The position numbers and the translations under genes are program-made. Of a DNA stretch of 25,548 nt, positions 7,431 through 16,608 are shown one piece after another. Every line of letters begins with the position of its first letter. The first letter of the stretch is position 1. The DNA is from Candidatus Hydrothermarchaeales archaeon (lineage in GTDB: Archaea > Hydrothermarchaeota > Hydrothermarchaeia > Hydrothermarchaeales > JAZGAD01), in the NCBI GenBank assembly GCA_036444275.1, contig JAZGAD010000039.1:1-25548 (forward strand), written 5' to 3'. Under the pieces are notes generated by a model. That model saw only the letters and a program-made list of their open reading frames with translations. It had not been told where the DNA came from and made no database searches.

Positions 7431-7844
7431 CTACCCCAGCTCCTTGAGCCTCTTCACCATCTTAACTACGCTTTCCACAGCGCGCTTTGCATACTTAACG
7501 CGCTCGTGTGCTTGAAGCCTGCTCAAGCCTGGTCCTGTAACTCCAAGTGCAACTGGTTTTTCATATTTCAAGGAAAGGTCTGCAATCTTCCTGGAGGCGT
7601 GCTGTATCACGATCTCGTCATGCTCTGTCTCGCCTTCTATCACTGCTCCCAAGGTTACGACGCCGTCGACATCTTGCTTCTCCAGCAACTTCTTAACCAT
7701 TAGGGGCATGTCAAATGTGCCCGGGACCTTCACTATGTGCGTGATATCTGCCTCAAGGAAATCCGCCTGCTCTTTCGCTAGCTCAACCATGGCGTAGGTT
7801 ATGTCGTAGTTGAACTCCGATGCAACTATGCCTATATTCACCAT
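7431..7844 (-). CDS. ribH: 6,7-dimethyl-8-ribityllumazine synthase
   Basis: IGIVASEFNYDIT, VPGTFDMP, TLGAVIEGETEHD and KPVALGVTGPG. Start reassigned to ATG 7844. Confidence 0.93.
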   Translation of the reverse strand: MVNIGIVASEFNYDITYAMVELAKEQADFLEADITHIVKVPGTFDMPLMVKKLLEKQDVDGVVTLGAVIEGETEHDEIVIQHASRKIADLSLKYEKPVALGVTGPGLSRLQAHERVKYAKRAVESVVKMVKRLKELG

Positions 7845-7983
7845 GTCCCATGAATTTAGCGTTCGACTATATATAATTTTTGAGTAGCTACCCACATCTG
7901 AGTAGAAATACCTTAAAGTTAACTGCGTAGTAATAAGTCCATTCATCTGTCCCGGTTATGTGTCGCATTTCAACCCGTGCTGA

Positions 7984-8064
7984 CTAGATAAAGGTTTTAA
8001 TATGAATGAAAACTCTCCCCCTGTCTATGTCCACCACGATGCTCGTATCGAGGGAGAGCCTCAC
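7984..8064 (-). pseudogene. Truncated VapC/PIN toxin remnant
   Basis: GTG overlaps the AbrB TGA. It translates to MRLSLDTSIVVDIDRG (PIN N-terminal LDTS motif), then unrelated sequence and a stop after 26 codons. Confidence 0.72.
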
Positions 8065-8306
8065 GGGATCACGCCCAGCCTCTTGAACCTTTCCCTAGAA
8101 TCTTTCCTCACTCTATCCAAGACCTCTTCGTATCCCTTGGGGAGGAAGCCGCTGTACTCAGAAAATGCGGTCTCGATCTTCTTGACCACGATCTTCCCGT
8201 CCTCGATGCGTATGTCGACCTTATCTCCTATCTTGATCTCCAACTTCTCTCTGATTTTTTTTGGAATGGTGATTTGGGTATTCCTGGTGACGGTCACGGT
8301 TACCAT
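8061..8306 (-). CDS. AbrB/MazE/SpoVT family antitoxin (VapB-like)
   Basis: VTRNTQITIPKKIREKLEIKIGDKVDIRIEDGKIVVKK. Confidence 0.9.
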   Translation of the reverse strand: MVTVTVTRNTQITIPKKIREKLEIKIGDKVDIRIEDGKIVVKKIETAFSEYSGFLPKGYEEVLDRVRKDSRERFKRLGVIP

Positions 8307-8458
8307 AATATTTACTAGAATATCATAGTATCTAAAAATTACTATGGATTATAACTATACTCTGGAAACTTATTAGTGCGGTTGGATACATTAACTACCC
8401 TCATAAGTTTATTAAACAAGGAATTACTTATTTTCTTAGGCGCGGATTGGGTAGTAAT

Positions 8459-10240
8459 ATGATAAGGCAGCCAATAGTTTCGGTCTTGGGACACATAGAT
8501 CATGGAAAGACAACTATGCTCGACACCCTCAGAGGCAGTGCCGTTGTCAATAGAGAGGCTGGAGGGATAACCCAGCACATTGGCGCCACCGAAATCCCCT
8601 TGGAGGTCATTAAAGATACATGCGGCGGGCTATTGAAGCAGCTGAAAGCAGAAATCACTCTACCTGGGCTTCTCTTCATAGACACCCCTGGACACGAAGC
8701 TTTCACTACGTTGAGGAAGCGTGGAGGCGCTCTAGCAGACTTAGCGATCCTTGTAGTTGATATAACAGAAGGATTTCAGCCACAGACACTCGAAGCCTTA
8801 AACATCCTGGAGACCTATAAGACGCCCTTCCTGATTGCTGCCAACAAGATAGACAAAATAACCGGGTGGCAGAGTTTCGACAACTATCCTTTTACTCACA
8901 GCTTCTTCAAACAGAGCGAAGAGGTTCATGATGCGCTTGAGAAAAAGCTCTACGAGCTGGTGGGACGCCTCTATGAAGCAGGTTTTCAAGGAGAAAGATT
9001 CGATAGGGTGGAGAAATTCGAGAAACAAATAGTCATCGTCCCAATCAGCGCTAAGACAGGAGAGGGGATGCCAGAGCTTCTAGTGATGCTAGTTGGTTTG
9101 GCTCAAAAATTCTTGGGAAAGGAGCTGGCTATCGAGATAGAAAATCCAGCTAAAGGCACGATCTTGGAGGTAAAGGAAGAAGTTGGTCTCGGAGCAACCA
9201 TAGATGTCGTGATATACGATGGCAAGATAAAACGGGGAGACGCTATAGTAGTGGGAAGCAAAGGTGAACCCATAGTTACCAAGGTGCGTTCACTGCTAAA
9301 GCCAAACCCCCTAGATGAGATCCGCGACCCACGTTTTAAATTTAACAAGGTAGTAGAGGCCCACGCTTCCTGCGGTATCAAGATAGCTGCCCCCAACTTG
9401 AGCGATGCATTAGCTGGCTCACCCATAAGAGTCGTCGGAAAGGAAGAGGATGTCTCTAAGGTGGCGGAAGCTGTTAGAGCCGAGCTAGAGGAGGTCAATA
9501 TAGAGGCTGATAAAATCGGCGTCGTCCTCAAGGCAGACACCCTGGGCGCCCTAGAAGCACTCGTTAATATGCTGAAGAAGGAGGATGTGCTAGTCTGTAG
9601 GGCTGATGTAGGCGATATCTCCAGACGGGATGTAGTGGATGCCGAGACAATGAAAGGAGAGACGCCTACACTAGCAGTAGTCATTGGATTTAACGTAAAA
9701 GTTTTAAAGGACGCTGAGGAAAGGGCTAAGGAAACCGGCATCCAAATCTTCCAGGACGATGTGATTTATAGACTCGTGGAGGATTATCAAGCGTGGTCCA
9801 AAGAGGCATTAGACAGAGAAAAACAAAGAGGACTAGATAAGGTTACTAGGGCGGCGAAGATCAAGGTCCTTCCTGGGTATGTTTTCAGAACCAGTAAGCC
9901 TGCGGTAGTCGGAATCGAGGTATTAGCCGGTGTTATAAGGAGCAAGTATAAACTGATGAATAGCGAGGGAAGGACAGTAGGTATAATAAAAGGCATACAA
10001 GATAAAGGTGAGAATATACCTGAAGCAAAGATAGGCATGCAGATAGCTGTCTCAATAGCTGGAGCAGCAGTCGGTAAGAATATCAAGGAAAACGATGTCC
10101 TTTATACAGACCTAACAGAAGAGGAGGCAAAACTAATGGGAAGTAAATATAGGGAGTACTTAAGTCAAGATGAAGTTGATGCTTTTGGAGAGATAAAAGA
10201 GATAAAAAAGAAGGAACGCCCGTTCTGGGCTAGCCAATAA
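8459..10240 (+). CDS. infB: Translation initiation factor aIF5B/IF-2
   Basis: MIRQPIVSVLGHIDHGKT, EAGGITQHIGA, DTPGHEAF and ANKID. No intein is visible. Start at ATG 8459. Confidence 0.97.
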   Translation: MIRQPIVSVLGHIDHGKTTMLDTLRGSAVVNREAGGITQHIGATEIPLEVIKDTCGGLLKQLKAEITLPGLLFIDTPGHEAFTTLRKRGGALADLAILVVDITEGFQPQTLEALNILETYKTPFLIAANKIDKITGWQSFDNYPFTHSFFKQSEEVHDALEKKLYELVGRLYEAGFQGERFDRVEKFEKQIVIVPISAKTGEGMPELLVMLVGLAQKFLGKELAIEIENPAKGTILEVKEEVGLGATIDVVIYDGKIKRGDAIVVGSKGEPIVTKVRSLLKPNPLDEIRDPRFKFNKVVEAHASCGIKIAAPNLSDALAGSPIRVVGKEEDVSKVAEAVRAELEEVNIEADKIGVVLKADTLGALEALVNMLKKEDVLVCRADVGDISRRDVVDAETMKGETPTLAVVIGFNVKVLKDAEERAKETGIQIFQDDVIYRLVEDYQAWSKEALDREKQRGLDKVTRAAKIKVLPGYVFRTSKPAVVGIEVLAGVIRSKYKLMNSEGRTVGIIKGIQDKGENIPEAKIGMQIAVSIAGAAVGKNIKENDVLYTDLTEEEAKLMGSKYREYLSQDEVDAFGEIKEIKKKERPFWASQ

Positions 10241-10245
10241 AGACG

Positions 10246-10665
10246 GTGGATATAATGAAGTTGGTAATTTCAGACCCTAAGACTGGGAAGGCGTATAATC
10301 TAGAACTGGACGCAAAAAAAGAGAAGAGCCTCATAGGCATCGAGTTAGGTAAGGCTATAGATGCCTCTAAGATAGGTCTATCTGGCTACAAGATACAGTT
10401 CACTGGCGGGAGCGACAAAGACGGCTTTCCAATGCGTAGCGATGTCTTCGGAAGGGTACGGCCTAGGATTACTTTGGGCGGGACACCCGGCTTTAAGCCG
10501 AAGGAAAAGGGCTTGAGGAGGCGGAAGCGAATTAGAGGCAAGGTAATCACCTCTGATATCGTCCAGGTTAACGTGAAGATCGTGAAGGAGGGCAAGAAGT
10601 CCATAGAGGCCCTTCTGGGGCATGTTACAGAGGCAGAAGAATCCAAAGAAGGGGAGACGGCGTAG
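10246..10665 (+). CDS. rps6e: 30S ribosomal protein S6e
   Basis: [23 protein letters not shown] and RRRKRIRG. Start may be ATG 10255. Confidence 0.95.
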   Translation: MDIMKLVISDPKTGKAYNLELDAKKEKSLIGIELGKAIDASKIGLSGYKIQFTGGSDKDGFPMRSDVFGRVRPRITLGGTPGFKPKEKGLRRRKRIRGKVITSDIVQVNVKIVKEGKKSIEALLGHVTEAEESKEGETA

Positions 10666-10684
10666 CCATTGGAGGAGCTGTAGA

Positions 10685-11911
10685 GTGCAACCAGAGATGA
10701 ACATAGGCATGGTCGGGCACGTAGATCATGGCAAGACTACTTTAACCCAGGCTTTCTCAGGGGTGTGGACTGACAGGCACAGCGAAGAGATTAAGCGGGG
10801 GATATCGATAAGGCTGGGCTATGCCAATGTCGCCTTCAGGAAATGTCCCAAGTGCCCTGAGCCACAGGCATATACCACCGAAAAAGTGTGCAAGAAGTGC
10901 GGAACCAAGTCCAAGTCAGAAGTTGTGAGGGAAGTTTCCTTCGTTGACTCCCCAGGCCACGAAACCTTAATGGCGACCATGCTCTCCGGCGCTGCGATTA
11001 TGGATGGCGCAATCTTAGTGATCGCTGCCAATGAGCCCTGCCCTCAACCCCAGACGAAGGAACATCTCATGGCCCTAGATATAATAGGGGTAAAGGATAT
11101 AATAATCGCCCAGAACAAGATTGACACAGTGCCTAAAGAAAGGGTCCTAGAGCATTACAATGAGATCAAGGGATTCATCAAGGGTACTGTAGCCGAGAAA
11201 TCACCTATCATACCTATCGCAGCACAACACAAGGCAAACATAGATGTCCTTATCCAAGCCATACTGGAGAAGATAACCCCTTCAAAAAGAGACCCAAAGA
11301 AAACCCCATTGATGTATATTGCAAGGTCTTTTGACATCAATAGGCCAGGAATATCACCGGAGAAGTTGAAGGGCGGCGTAGTGGGTGGATCATTACTTCA
11401 GGGGAAATTAAGTGTCGGCAAGGAGATCGAGATTCGGCCCGGTATTAAAGTAGAAGAAGGAAACAATATCTATTGGAAACCCTTAACCACAATCATTACT
11501 TCCCTTATAACAGGGGATAAGAACGCCAAGACAGTTTCGCCGGGTGGGTTGATCGGGATCGGAACAAAGCTAGATTCAAGTCTGACTAAGGCTGACGGCC
11601 TCTCTGGAATGGTGTTGGGAGAGGTTGGTTCCTTACCCGCAGTACTTAGTGATTTTCTCTTGGAGGCTCACCTTCTCCAGAGGGTGGTAGGTACCAAAGA
11701 AGAGTTAAAAGTGGAAGACATTAAGACCGGCGAACTCCTCATGTTAAACGTCGGCACCTCCACAACCATCGGTGTAGTGACTAGTGCTAGAGAAAGCCAA
11801 GTGGAAATCAAGCTCAAACTTCCTGTTTGCGCCGAAAAGGGCTCTAGGGTTGCGATAAGCCGGAGGATAGGTGCACGGTGGAGACTAATTGGCTATGGGA
11901 TCATCATATAG
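10685..11911 (+). CDS. eif2g: Translation initiation factor 2 gamma subunit
   Basis: [31 protein letters not shown], Zn knuckle, [15 protein letters not shown] and [11 protein letters not shown] 10685 follows a GGAGGAG RBS. Confidence 0.96.
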   Translation: MQPEMNIGMVGHVDHGKTTLTQAFSGVWTDRHSEEIKRGISIRLGYANVAFRKCPKCPEPQAYTTEKVCKKCGTKSKSEVVREVSFVDSPGHETLMATMLSGAAIMDGAILVIAANEPCPQPQTKEHLMALDIIGVKDIIIAQNKIDTVPKERVLEHYNEIKGFIKGTVAEKSPIIPIAAQHKANIDVLIQAILEKITPSKRDPKKTPLMYIARSFDINRPGISPEKLKGGVVGGSLLQGKLSVGKEIEIRPGIKVEEGNNIYWKPLTTIITSLITGDKNAKTVSPGGLIGIGTKLDSSLTKADGLSGMVLGEVGSLPAVLSDFLLEAHLLQRVVGTKEELKVEDIKTGELLMLNVGTSTTIGVVTSARESQVEIKLKLPVCAEKGSRVAISRRIGARWRLIGYGIII

Positions 11912-12290
11912 ACTAGTGTTCGACTCGAACTTCTTGTTGTTACCCTTTCAATTCGGAGTGGATATATTCTCAGAGTTGAAGGAACTCCTAGATGTCAATT
12001 ATAAAATATACGTGACCAGAGGCGTCCTCAGAGAGCTGACGCGGCTATCTCAGCGGAAGGGAGTTGAAGGTCGGCGTGCTAAAGCGGCTTTGGAGAGTGC
12101 TATGAAGCTAGAGCTAATAGAATCGAATGAGGATGTAGATGTAGATGAAGGGCTTGCTGCATTAGCTGCTGAGGGTGCCGTGATATGCACCAACGATAAA
12201 GCTTTAAAGGAGAGGATAAGAAAGAACAGGGCGCCTGTAGTATATCTGAGGCAAAAGAAATATCTCATATTAGAGGGCTACCTAAGATAA
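11895..12290 (+). CDS. PIN domain protein (Fcf1/Utp24-like)
   Basis: [14 protein letters not shown]...ICTNDKALK. Conserved position between eIF2g and rpoE1. Confidence 0.88.
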   Translation: MGSSYRLVFDSNFLLLPFQFGVDIFSELKELLDVNYKIYVTRGVLRELTRLSQRKGVEGRRAKAALESAMKLELIESNEDVDVDEGLAALAAEGAVICTNDKALKERIRKNRAPVVYLRQKKYLILEGYLR

Positions 12291-12305
12291 AAGGAGGGAT
12301 GACGG

Positions 12306-13097
12306 ATATTCAAGTTAGTAGTTTTGAAGGACTTGGTAAGAGTGCCACCCGAGAGATTCGGGGAACCCATTAATGGAGTGGTAGAAGAGATCCTGAAGGT
12401 GGGCTATGAGTACAACACCATCCACGGGAGAAGCGGGTGGGAGGGAGGATACGAAGGCAGGTTGGACAAGGACCTAGGCATGGTAGTAGCAGTGACTGAA
12501 CTAAAGGACGTGACCGATGGCAGCGTTATACCTGGCGACGGCGGCGCTTATCATACAGCGACTTTCGAGGCTTTAGTTTTCAAGCCGGGGCTCCATGAAA
12601 TCGTGGACGGTAAGGTGGTTGAAATAGTCGAATTTGGGGCCTTCCTACGATTCGGCCCACTTGATGGTCTGGTACATGTCTCTCAGATCGCCGACGACTA
12701 CATAGCTCATGATGCTAAGAGAGGCGCCTTAGTGGGAAAGGAAAGCGGCAGAACGCTCGATGTTGAGGACACAGTCAGGGCGCGGATAGTGGCAATCAGC
12801 CTTAATCCAGAGAAATCCAAGGAGAGCAAGATCAACCTTACTATGAGGCAACCGGGTCTTGGAAAGTTCGGATGGTTGGAAGAGGATAAAAAGAAGGCCA
12901 AACCCGAGGAGAAACCAAAGAAAGTTGAAAAAGAGAAAGAAAAGCCCAAGGAGAAGCCCACAGTAGAACCAAAGAAAGGTGAAGAGAAAAAAATAGAAGC
13001 TGAGAAAAAGAAAGAAAAGCCTGAGGAGAAAACACCAGCAAAACAAGAAAAAGATGGAGAGAAAAAAATAGAAGCTGAGAAAAAGAAGGCGGAATAA
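12306..13097 (+). CDS. rpoE1: RNA polymerase subunit Rpo7 (E') with K/E/P-rich C-terminal tail; probable ATA start
   Basis: KDLVRVPP, PGDGGAYH, S1 domain VEFGAFLRFGPLDGLVHVSQI and LTMRQPGLGK. In-frame ATA-FKLVVLKD lies 7 nt after AGGAGGG. Confidence 0.94.
   Translation: MFKLVVLKDLVRVPPERFGEPINGVVEEILKVGYEYNTIHGRSGWEGGYEGRLDKDLGMVVAVTELKDVTDGSVIPGDGGAYHTATFEALVFKPGLHEIVDGKVVEIVEFGAFLRFGPLDGLVHVSQIADDYIAHDAKRGALVGKESGRTLDVEDTVRARIVAISLNPEKSKESKINLTMRQPGLGKFGWLEEDKKKAKPEEKPKKVEKEKEKPKEKPTVEPKKGEEKKIEAEKKKEKPEEKTPAKQEKDGEKKIEAEKKKAE
12983..13087 (+). repeat. Perfect 30-bp direct repeat in the rpoE1 tail (EKKIEAEKK x2)
   Basis: AGAGAAAAAAATAGAAGCTGAGAAAAAGAA at 12983-13012 and 13058-13087. Confidence 0.9.
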
Positions 13098-13098
13098 G

Positions 13099-13281
13099 AT
13101 GAAGGAGAAGGCTTGCAAGGAATGCAATAGGATCGGTGCGTCGGACATTTGTAAGGTCTGCAGGCAGCCGATGTCCCCAAGTTGGATGGGCTATGTCAGA
13201 GTGATAGACCCAGAGAAATCAAACATCGCACAAAAACTTAAACTCAGCACTAAGGGGAGATTCGCCTTGAGGGTAAGGTAA
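13099..13281 (+). CDS. spt4: Transcription elongation factor Spt4 (RpoE'')
   Basis: KACKECNRI...CKVC, WMGYVRVIDPEKSNIA and GRFALRVR. Confidence 0.93.
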   Translation: MKEKACKECNRIGASDICKVCRQPMSPSWMGYVRVIDPEKSNIAQKLKLSTKGRFALRVR

Positions 13282-13785
13282 ATGAAGGACCTCAGAGTTC
13301 CAGAAGAGCTGCGAGGTCTATTCAAGAAGCCCTTTGGAGAGCTTTACAGTGGGCAGGGGTTAAAACCAGCTCAAGATATAAAGGCCGTGCTTAAGGATGA
13401 GAGGATTATAGTAGTAGGCGATGTCACACTGCGAAACGTCCTTGCCATTGGCCTAAAGCCTTCTTTGGCGATAGTAGACCTCAAGACAAAGAGGGATAGG
13501 GAGATGCTCTTAGGAGGCAAAGCCATTAAAGTCAGGAACTCACCGGGCATGATAACGCAAGAGCTATGGAACAGCATACATGAAAACATTGACAAAGAGG
13601 ATGTGACAATACTAGTCGATGGTGAAGAGGACTTAGCGGTGCTTCCATGCATACTCGAGGCTGAGTGGGATGCGATAATCTTATATGGCCAGCCGAATGA
13701 AGGGATAGTCCTTGTGAAAGTAGATGAGGATAAAAAACTAAAGGCAAGCATGCTGCTGAAGATGTTATCCTCTGTAAGTGGTTAA
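13282..13785 (+). CDS. DUF359 GTP-dependent dephospho-CoA kinase family
   Basis: KKPFGEL, VGDVT, VDLKTKR, VDGEEDLAVLP and YGQPNEG. Confidence 0.9.
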   Translation: MKDLRVPEELRGLFKKPFGELYSGQGLKPAQDIKAVLKDERIIVVGDVTLRNVLAIGLKPSLAIVDLKTKRDREMLLGGKAIKVRNSPGMITQELWNSIHENIDKEDVTILVDGEEDLAVLPCILEAEWDAIILYGQPNEGIVLVKVDEDKKLKASMLLKMLSSVSG

Positions 13786-13786
13786 G

Positions 13787-14281
13787 ATGAAACTTGAGAT
13801 ACTTGAGGAGGTAGAAAATCCTCTCTTCGATAGAAGGGAGCTAAAGGTAAAGGTTTTACATAAGGCCGCTACTCCCAGCTGGGCGGATGTCAGGGACAAG
13901 ATAAGTGTTTTAGCTAAAGCAAAGAAAGACACTGTTATACTGGACTCTATACAGAGCAGATTCGGCATAAGGGAGTCTCTCGCCCTAGTTAGGATATACA
14001 AGACTAAAGATAGGGCTTTGCAGATAGAGCCGAAACACAAGCTCAAGAAGAACTTCCCTAAAGAAGAAAAAGTTGAAAAGCCTGAGGAGAAGCCCACAGT
14101 AGAACAGAAAGAAGAAGCAAAGGAAGAAAAAACAGAAGAGAAGCAAGAGCAACCTGAAGTCAAAGCCAAAGAAGCAAAGGAAGCTGAAGTGGTAAAAACA
14201 GAACCAAAGGAAGAGAAAGCTAAATCTAAATCAAAAGTAAAATCTAAGGAAACATCCAAGGAAATGGAGAAAGAGAAGTAG
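13787..14281 (+). CDS. rps24e: 30S ribosomal protein S24e with long K/E-rich tail
   Basis: [21 protein letters not shown] and IEPKH. Operon position. Confidence 0.92.
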   Translation: MKLEILEEVENPLFDRRELKVKVLHKAATPSWADVRDKISVLAKAKKDTVILDSIQSRFGIRESLALVRIYKTKDRALQIEPKHKLKKNFPKEEKVEKPEEKPTVEQKEEAKEEKTEEKQEQPEVKAKEAKEAEVVKTEPKEEKAKSKSKVKSKETSKEMEKEK

Positions 14282-14283
14282 AA

Positions 14284-14436
14284 ATGGCTAAGTGGAGATT
14301 ATACGAGGTAAAAGGGGATAATTTGGAGAGAAAGAATAGTTCATGCCCGAGATGCGGTGAAGGCGTATTCATGGCTAATCATGAGGACCGTCAAAGTTGT
14401 GGAAGGTGCGGTTATACGGTGTGGAAGGGGCGCTGA
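14284..14436 (+). CDS. rps27ae: 30S ribosomal protein S27ae (absent from the ORF track)
   Basis: Manual translation: [50 protein letters not shown]. Confidence 0.95.
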   Translation: MAKWRLYEVKGDNLERKNSSCPRCGEGVFMANHEDRQSCGRCGYTVWKGR

Positions 14437-14438
14437 GG

Positions 14439-15413
14439 TTGCTTTGCCTAGGCATTGAAGCTACAGCCGAGAAATTAGGGGCGGGTATAGTATCCTCTTC
14501 AGGGAAGATATTGAGCAACATAGTCAAGCGCCCTCCCCTTGTCGGCGGGATCCATCCACGCGAGGCTGCCCAGCACCATGCCGAGAATATCAAAGATACC
14601 TTAAGCAAATCCCTTGAAAAAGCTGGTAAGGACCTAGGGGATATAAACTTAATAGCGTTCTCCAAGGGGCCTGGTTTAGGTCCGTGTTTGAGAGTTGGCG
14701 CCATCTCTGCAAGGACAATAGCTCTCTCACGGGAAATCCCTATACTGGGTGCGAATCACTGCCTCGCTCACATCGAGATAGGCAGGCTATTGACCGGTGC
14801 TAAGGATCCCCTCGCGCTCTATGTCTCTGGCGGGAACACGCAGGTGATCGCCTATGCAGATGCCAAGTATCGCGTCTTTGGTGAGACACTCGATATAGCT
14901 ATAGGTAACTGCATAGACCAATTCGCTAGGGCACTCAACCTTGGAAACCCTGGTGGGCCAATAGTGGAGGATATAGCAAAAAAAGGCAGTTATATCTCGC
15001 TGCCCTATGTGGTAAAAGGCATGGACCTCTCATTTTCTGGTCTTCTAACGGCAGCTAAGAGAGCCGCGGAGAAGCATTCCATTGAGAACGTGTGCCACAG
15101 CCTGCAGGAAAACGCCTTCTCTATGATCGTAGAGGTAACAGAGCGAGCCCTAGCATATACTGAGAAGGAGGAATTGATGTTGGTTGGAGGCGTGGGCGCA
15201 AATGGACGGCTACAGGAGATGCTACGCACAATGTCAGAGGAACATGGGGCGAGGTTTTTGGTTCCTGACAAGGAGGTTTTAGGAGACAACGGTGCAATGA
15301 TCGCTTGGCTTGGGATACTGATGTACAACTCGGGAATTAGGCACGAGATAGGAGATACTGCTGTAAAACAGAAGTATAGAACCGATGAGGTCGAAGTAAC
15401 GTGGAGGATTTAA
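14439..15413 (+). CDS. kae1: tRNA N6-threonylcarbamoyladenosine synthesis protein Kae1 (not fused to Bud32)
   Basis: [58 protein letters not shown] and DNGAMIA. TTG start at 14439. Confidence 0.95.
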   Translation: MLCLGIEATAEKLGAGIVSSSGKILSNIVKRPPLVGGIHPREAAQHHAENIKDTLSKSLEKAGKDLGDINLIAFSKGPGLGPCLRVGAISARTIALSREIPILGANHCLAHIEIGRLLTGAKDPLALYVSGGNTQVIAYADAKYRVFGETLDIAIGNCIDQFARALNLGNPGGPIVEDIAKKGSYISLPYVVKGMDLSFSGLLTAAKRAAEKHSIENVCHSLQENAFSMIVEVTERALAYTEKEELMLVGGVGANGRLQEMLRTMSEEHGARFLVPDKEVLGDNGAMIAWLGILMYNSGIRHEIGDTAVKQKYRTDEVEVTWRI

Positions 15414-15435
15414 AATTAAGAAAGTGAACTACGAA

Positions 15436-15555
15436 CGGACCCGCCGGGATTTGAACCCGGGCTGCAGGGTGTCTCCCCTAGGTAGCCATGCTACTATGTG
15501 TGCCAACTAGACCGAGGGCCGAAGCCCTGTATACTATCCACTATACTACGGGCCC
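15436..15555 (-). tRNA. tRNA-Arg(TCG) with a 48-nt intron at position 37/38 (intron 15471-15518); CCA not encoded
   Basis: Acceptor stem GGGCCCG/CGGGTCC, anticodon stem CAGGG/CCCTG, loop CT-TCG-G^A, T-arm CCGGG-TTCAAAT-CCCGG. Canonical bulge-helix-bulge: CTTC/GGAG central helix, bulges GGC and ACA, CCT/AGG outer helix. Confidence 0.93.
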
Positions 15556-15599
15556 AGGTTAGAAACTTATTTATTACCTTATTTCTACTTTGTGATACC

Positions 15600-16256
15600 A
15601 TGGAGGGCTACGACTTCCACATTCACTCTATATTCAGCGATGGTGAGCTCATACCAGCTGAGATAGCTCATAGATGCTCAGTATTGGGCTACAAAGCTAT
15701 TGCAATAACGGATCATGCCGACAACTCCAATCTGGAGTTCATTCTATCCAACCTCGTCGATGCCTGCGCTGAGTTGAGTGAGCATATGTATACCAAGATC
15801 CTACCAGGTATCGAGATAACCTACGCCCCAGCAGGTATGCTGGAAAAGCTTGTATCCAGGGCAAGGGAGTTGGGCGCTAAAGTCATATTAGTTCATGGGG
15901 AAACGCCAGTAGAGCCGGTGCCTGAGGGTACAAACGCAGTTGCTGTAGAGATAGCCGAGGTGGATATACTGGCGCACCCAGGATTCATAACCCGAAAGGA
16001 GGCTGAGCAGGCCCTGGAAAACAACATATACCTGGAACTAAGCGCCCGTAGGGGCCATAGCCTCGCTAACGGGCATGTTGCAAGAATCGCCCAGGAAACA
16101 GGTGCAAAACTCCTGGTGAATACAGATGCCCATTCCCCCGAGGACCTCATTCCGCCTTCTAAGGCTATAGAGATAGCAACTGCTTCTGGATTACCAGAAG
16201 AACTTTCAAAAATTATTACAAGTGTTAACCCAAAATCCTTTATTGGCGATTTGTAG
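15600..16256 (+). CDS. PHP-domain phosphoesterase (histidinol phosphatase-like family)
   Basis: DFHIHSIFSDG, ITDH, VHGETPVEPV, LAHPG and NTDAHSP. Start at ATG 15600. Confidence 0.9.
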   Translation: MEGYDFHIHSIFSDGELIPAEIAHRCSVLGYKAIAITDHADNSNLEFILSNLVDACAELSEHMYTKILPGIEITYAPAGMLEKLVSRARELGAKVILVHGETPVEPVPEGTNAVAVEIAEVDILAHPGFITRKEAEQALENNIYLELSARRGHSLANGHVARIAQETGAKLLVNTDAHSPEDLIPPSKAIEIATASGLPEELSKIITSVNPKSFIGDL

Positions 16257-16305
16257 AGCGTAATTCGGTTTTCTCGCCGTCCAATGAAAAAATGGAGGAA
16301 AATCT

Positions 16306-16608
16306 TTGGCCCCTCTAAGATTCAGCCACATTACGAATGCTGGAAATATTGTGTTAAGGGGCGATGAAATTCCTTCTATGTATTCTCTCGTAGCTATTAA
16401 GGACTCTAGGATAGGTAAGATCCAGGACATAATCGGTCCTGTATCGCGACCCTATATTTTGGTCAAGCCTGATAAAAAATTGACGAAAGATGATGTACCT
16501 CTTTTAAGGAAGGAAATTTTTCACGAGCTTAAGGGAAGGAGGGCACGTGGTGGAAAAAAGGGTAGAGTACACCGAAGACTGTCCAGAGTGTGGAAGCAGA
16601 AGCCTTAG
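16306..16608 (+). CDS. gar1: Gar1/Naf1 family H/ACA RNP protein
   Basis: [20 protein letters not shown] motif, position immediately upstream of tfb, GGAGGA RBS. Confidence 0.85.
   Translation: MAPLRFSHITNAGNIVLRGDEIPSMYSLVAIKDSRIGKIQDIIGPVSRPYILVKPDKKLTKDDVPLLRKEIFHELKGRRARGGKKGRVHRRLSRVWKQKP

Noticed and set aside
10622-10684. Arg-rich N-terminal extension of eIF2-gamma
   Set aside because: It overlaps rps6e. The RBS supports GTG 10685.
12707-14259. Long Phe/Ser/Leu-rich minus-strand ORFs resembling membrane proteins
   Set aside because: They are shadow frames of the K/E-rich tails of rpoE1 and rps24e.
8459-15413. infB-to-kae1 gene cluster as a novel system
   Set aside because: It is a well-known conserved archaeal superoperon. 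Stand-alone Kae1 without Bud32 is also common.
15498-15599. N-terminal extension of the PHP ORF
   Set aside because: It overlaps the tRNA-Arg gene. The real start is ATG 15600.
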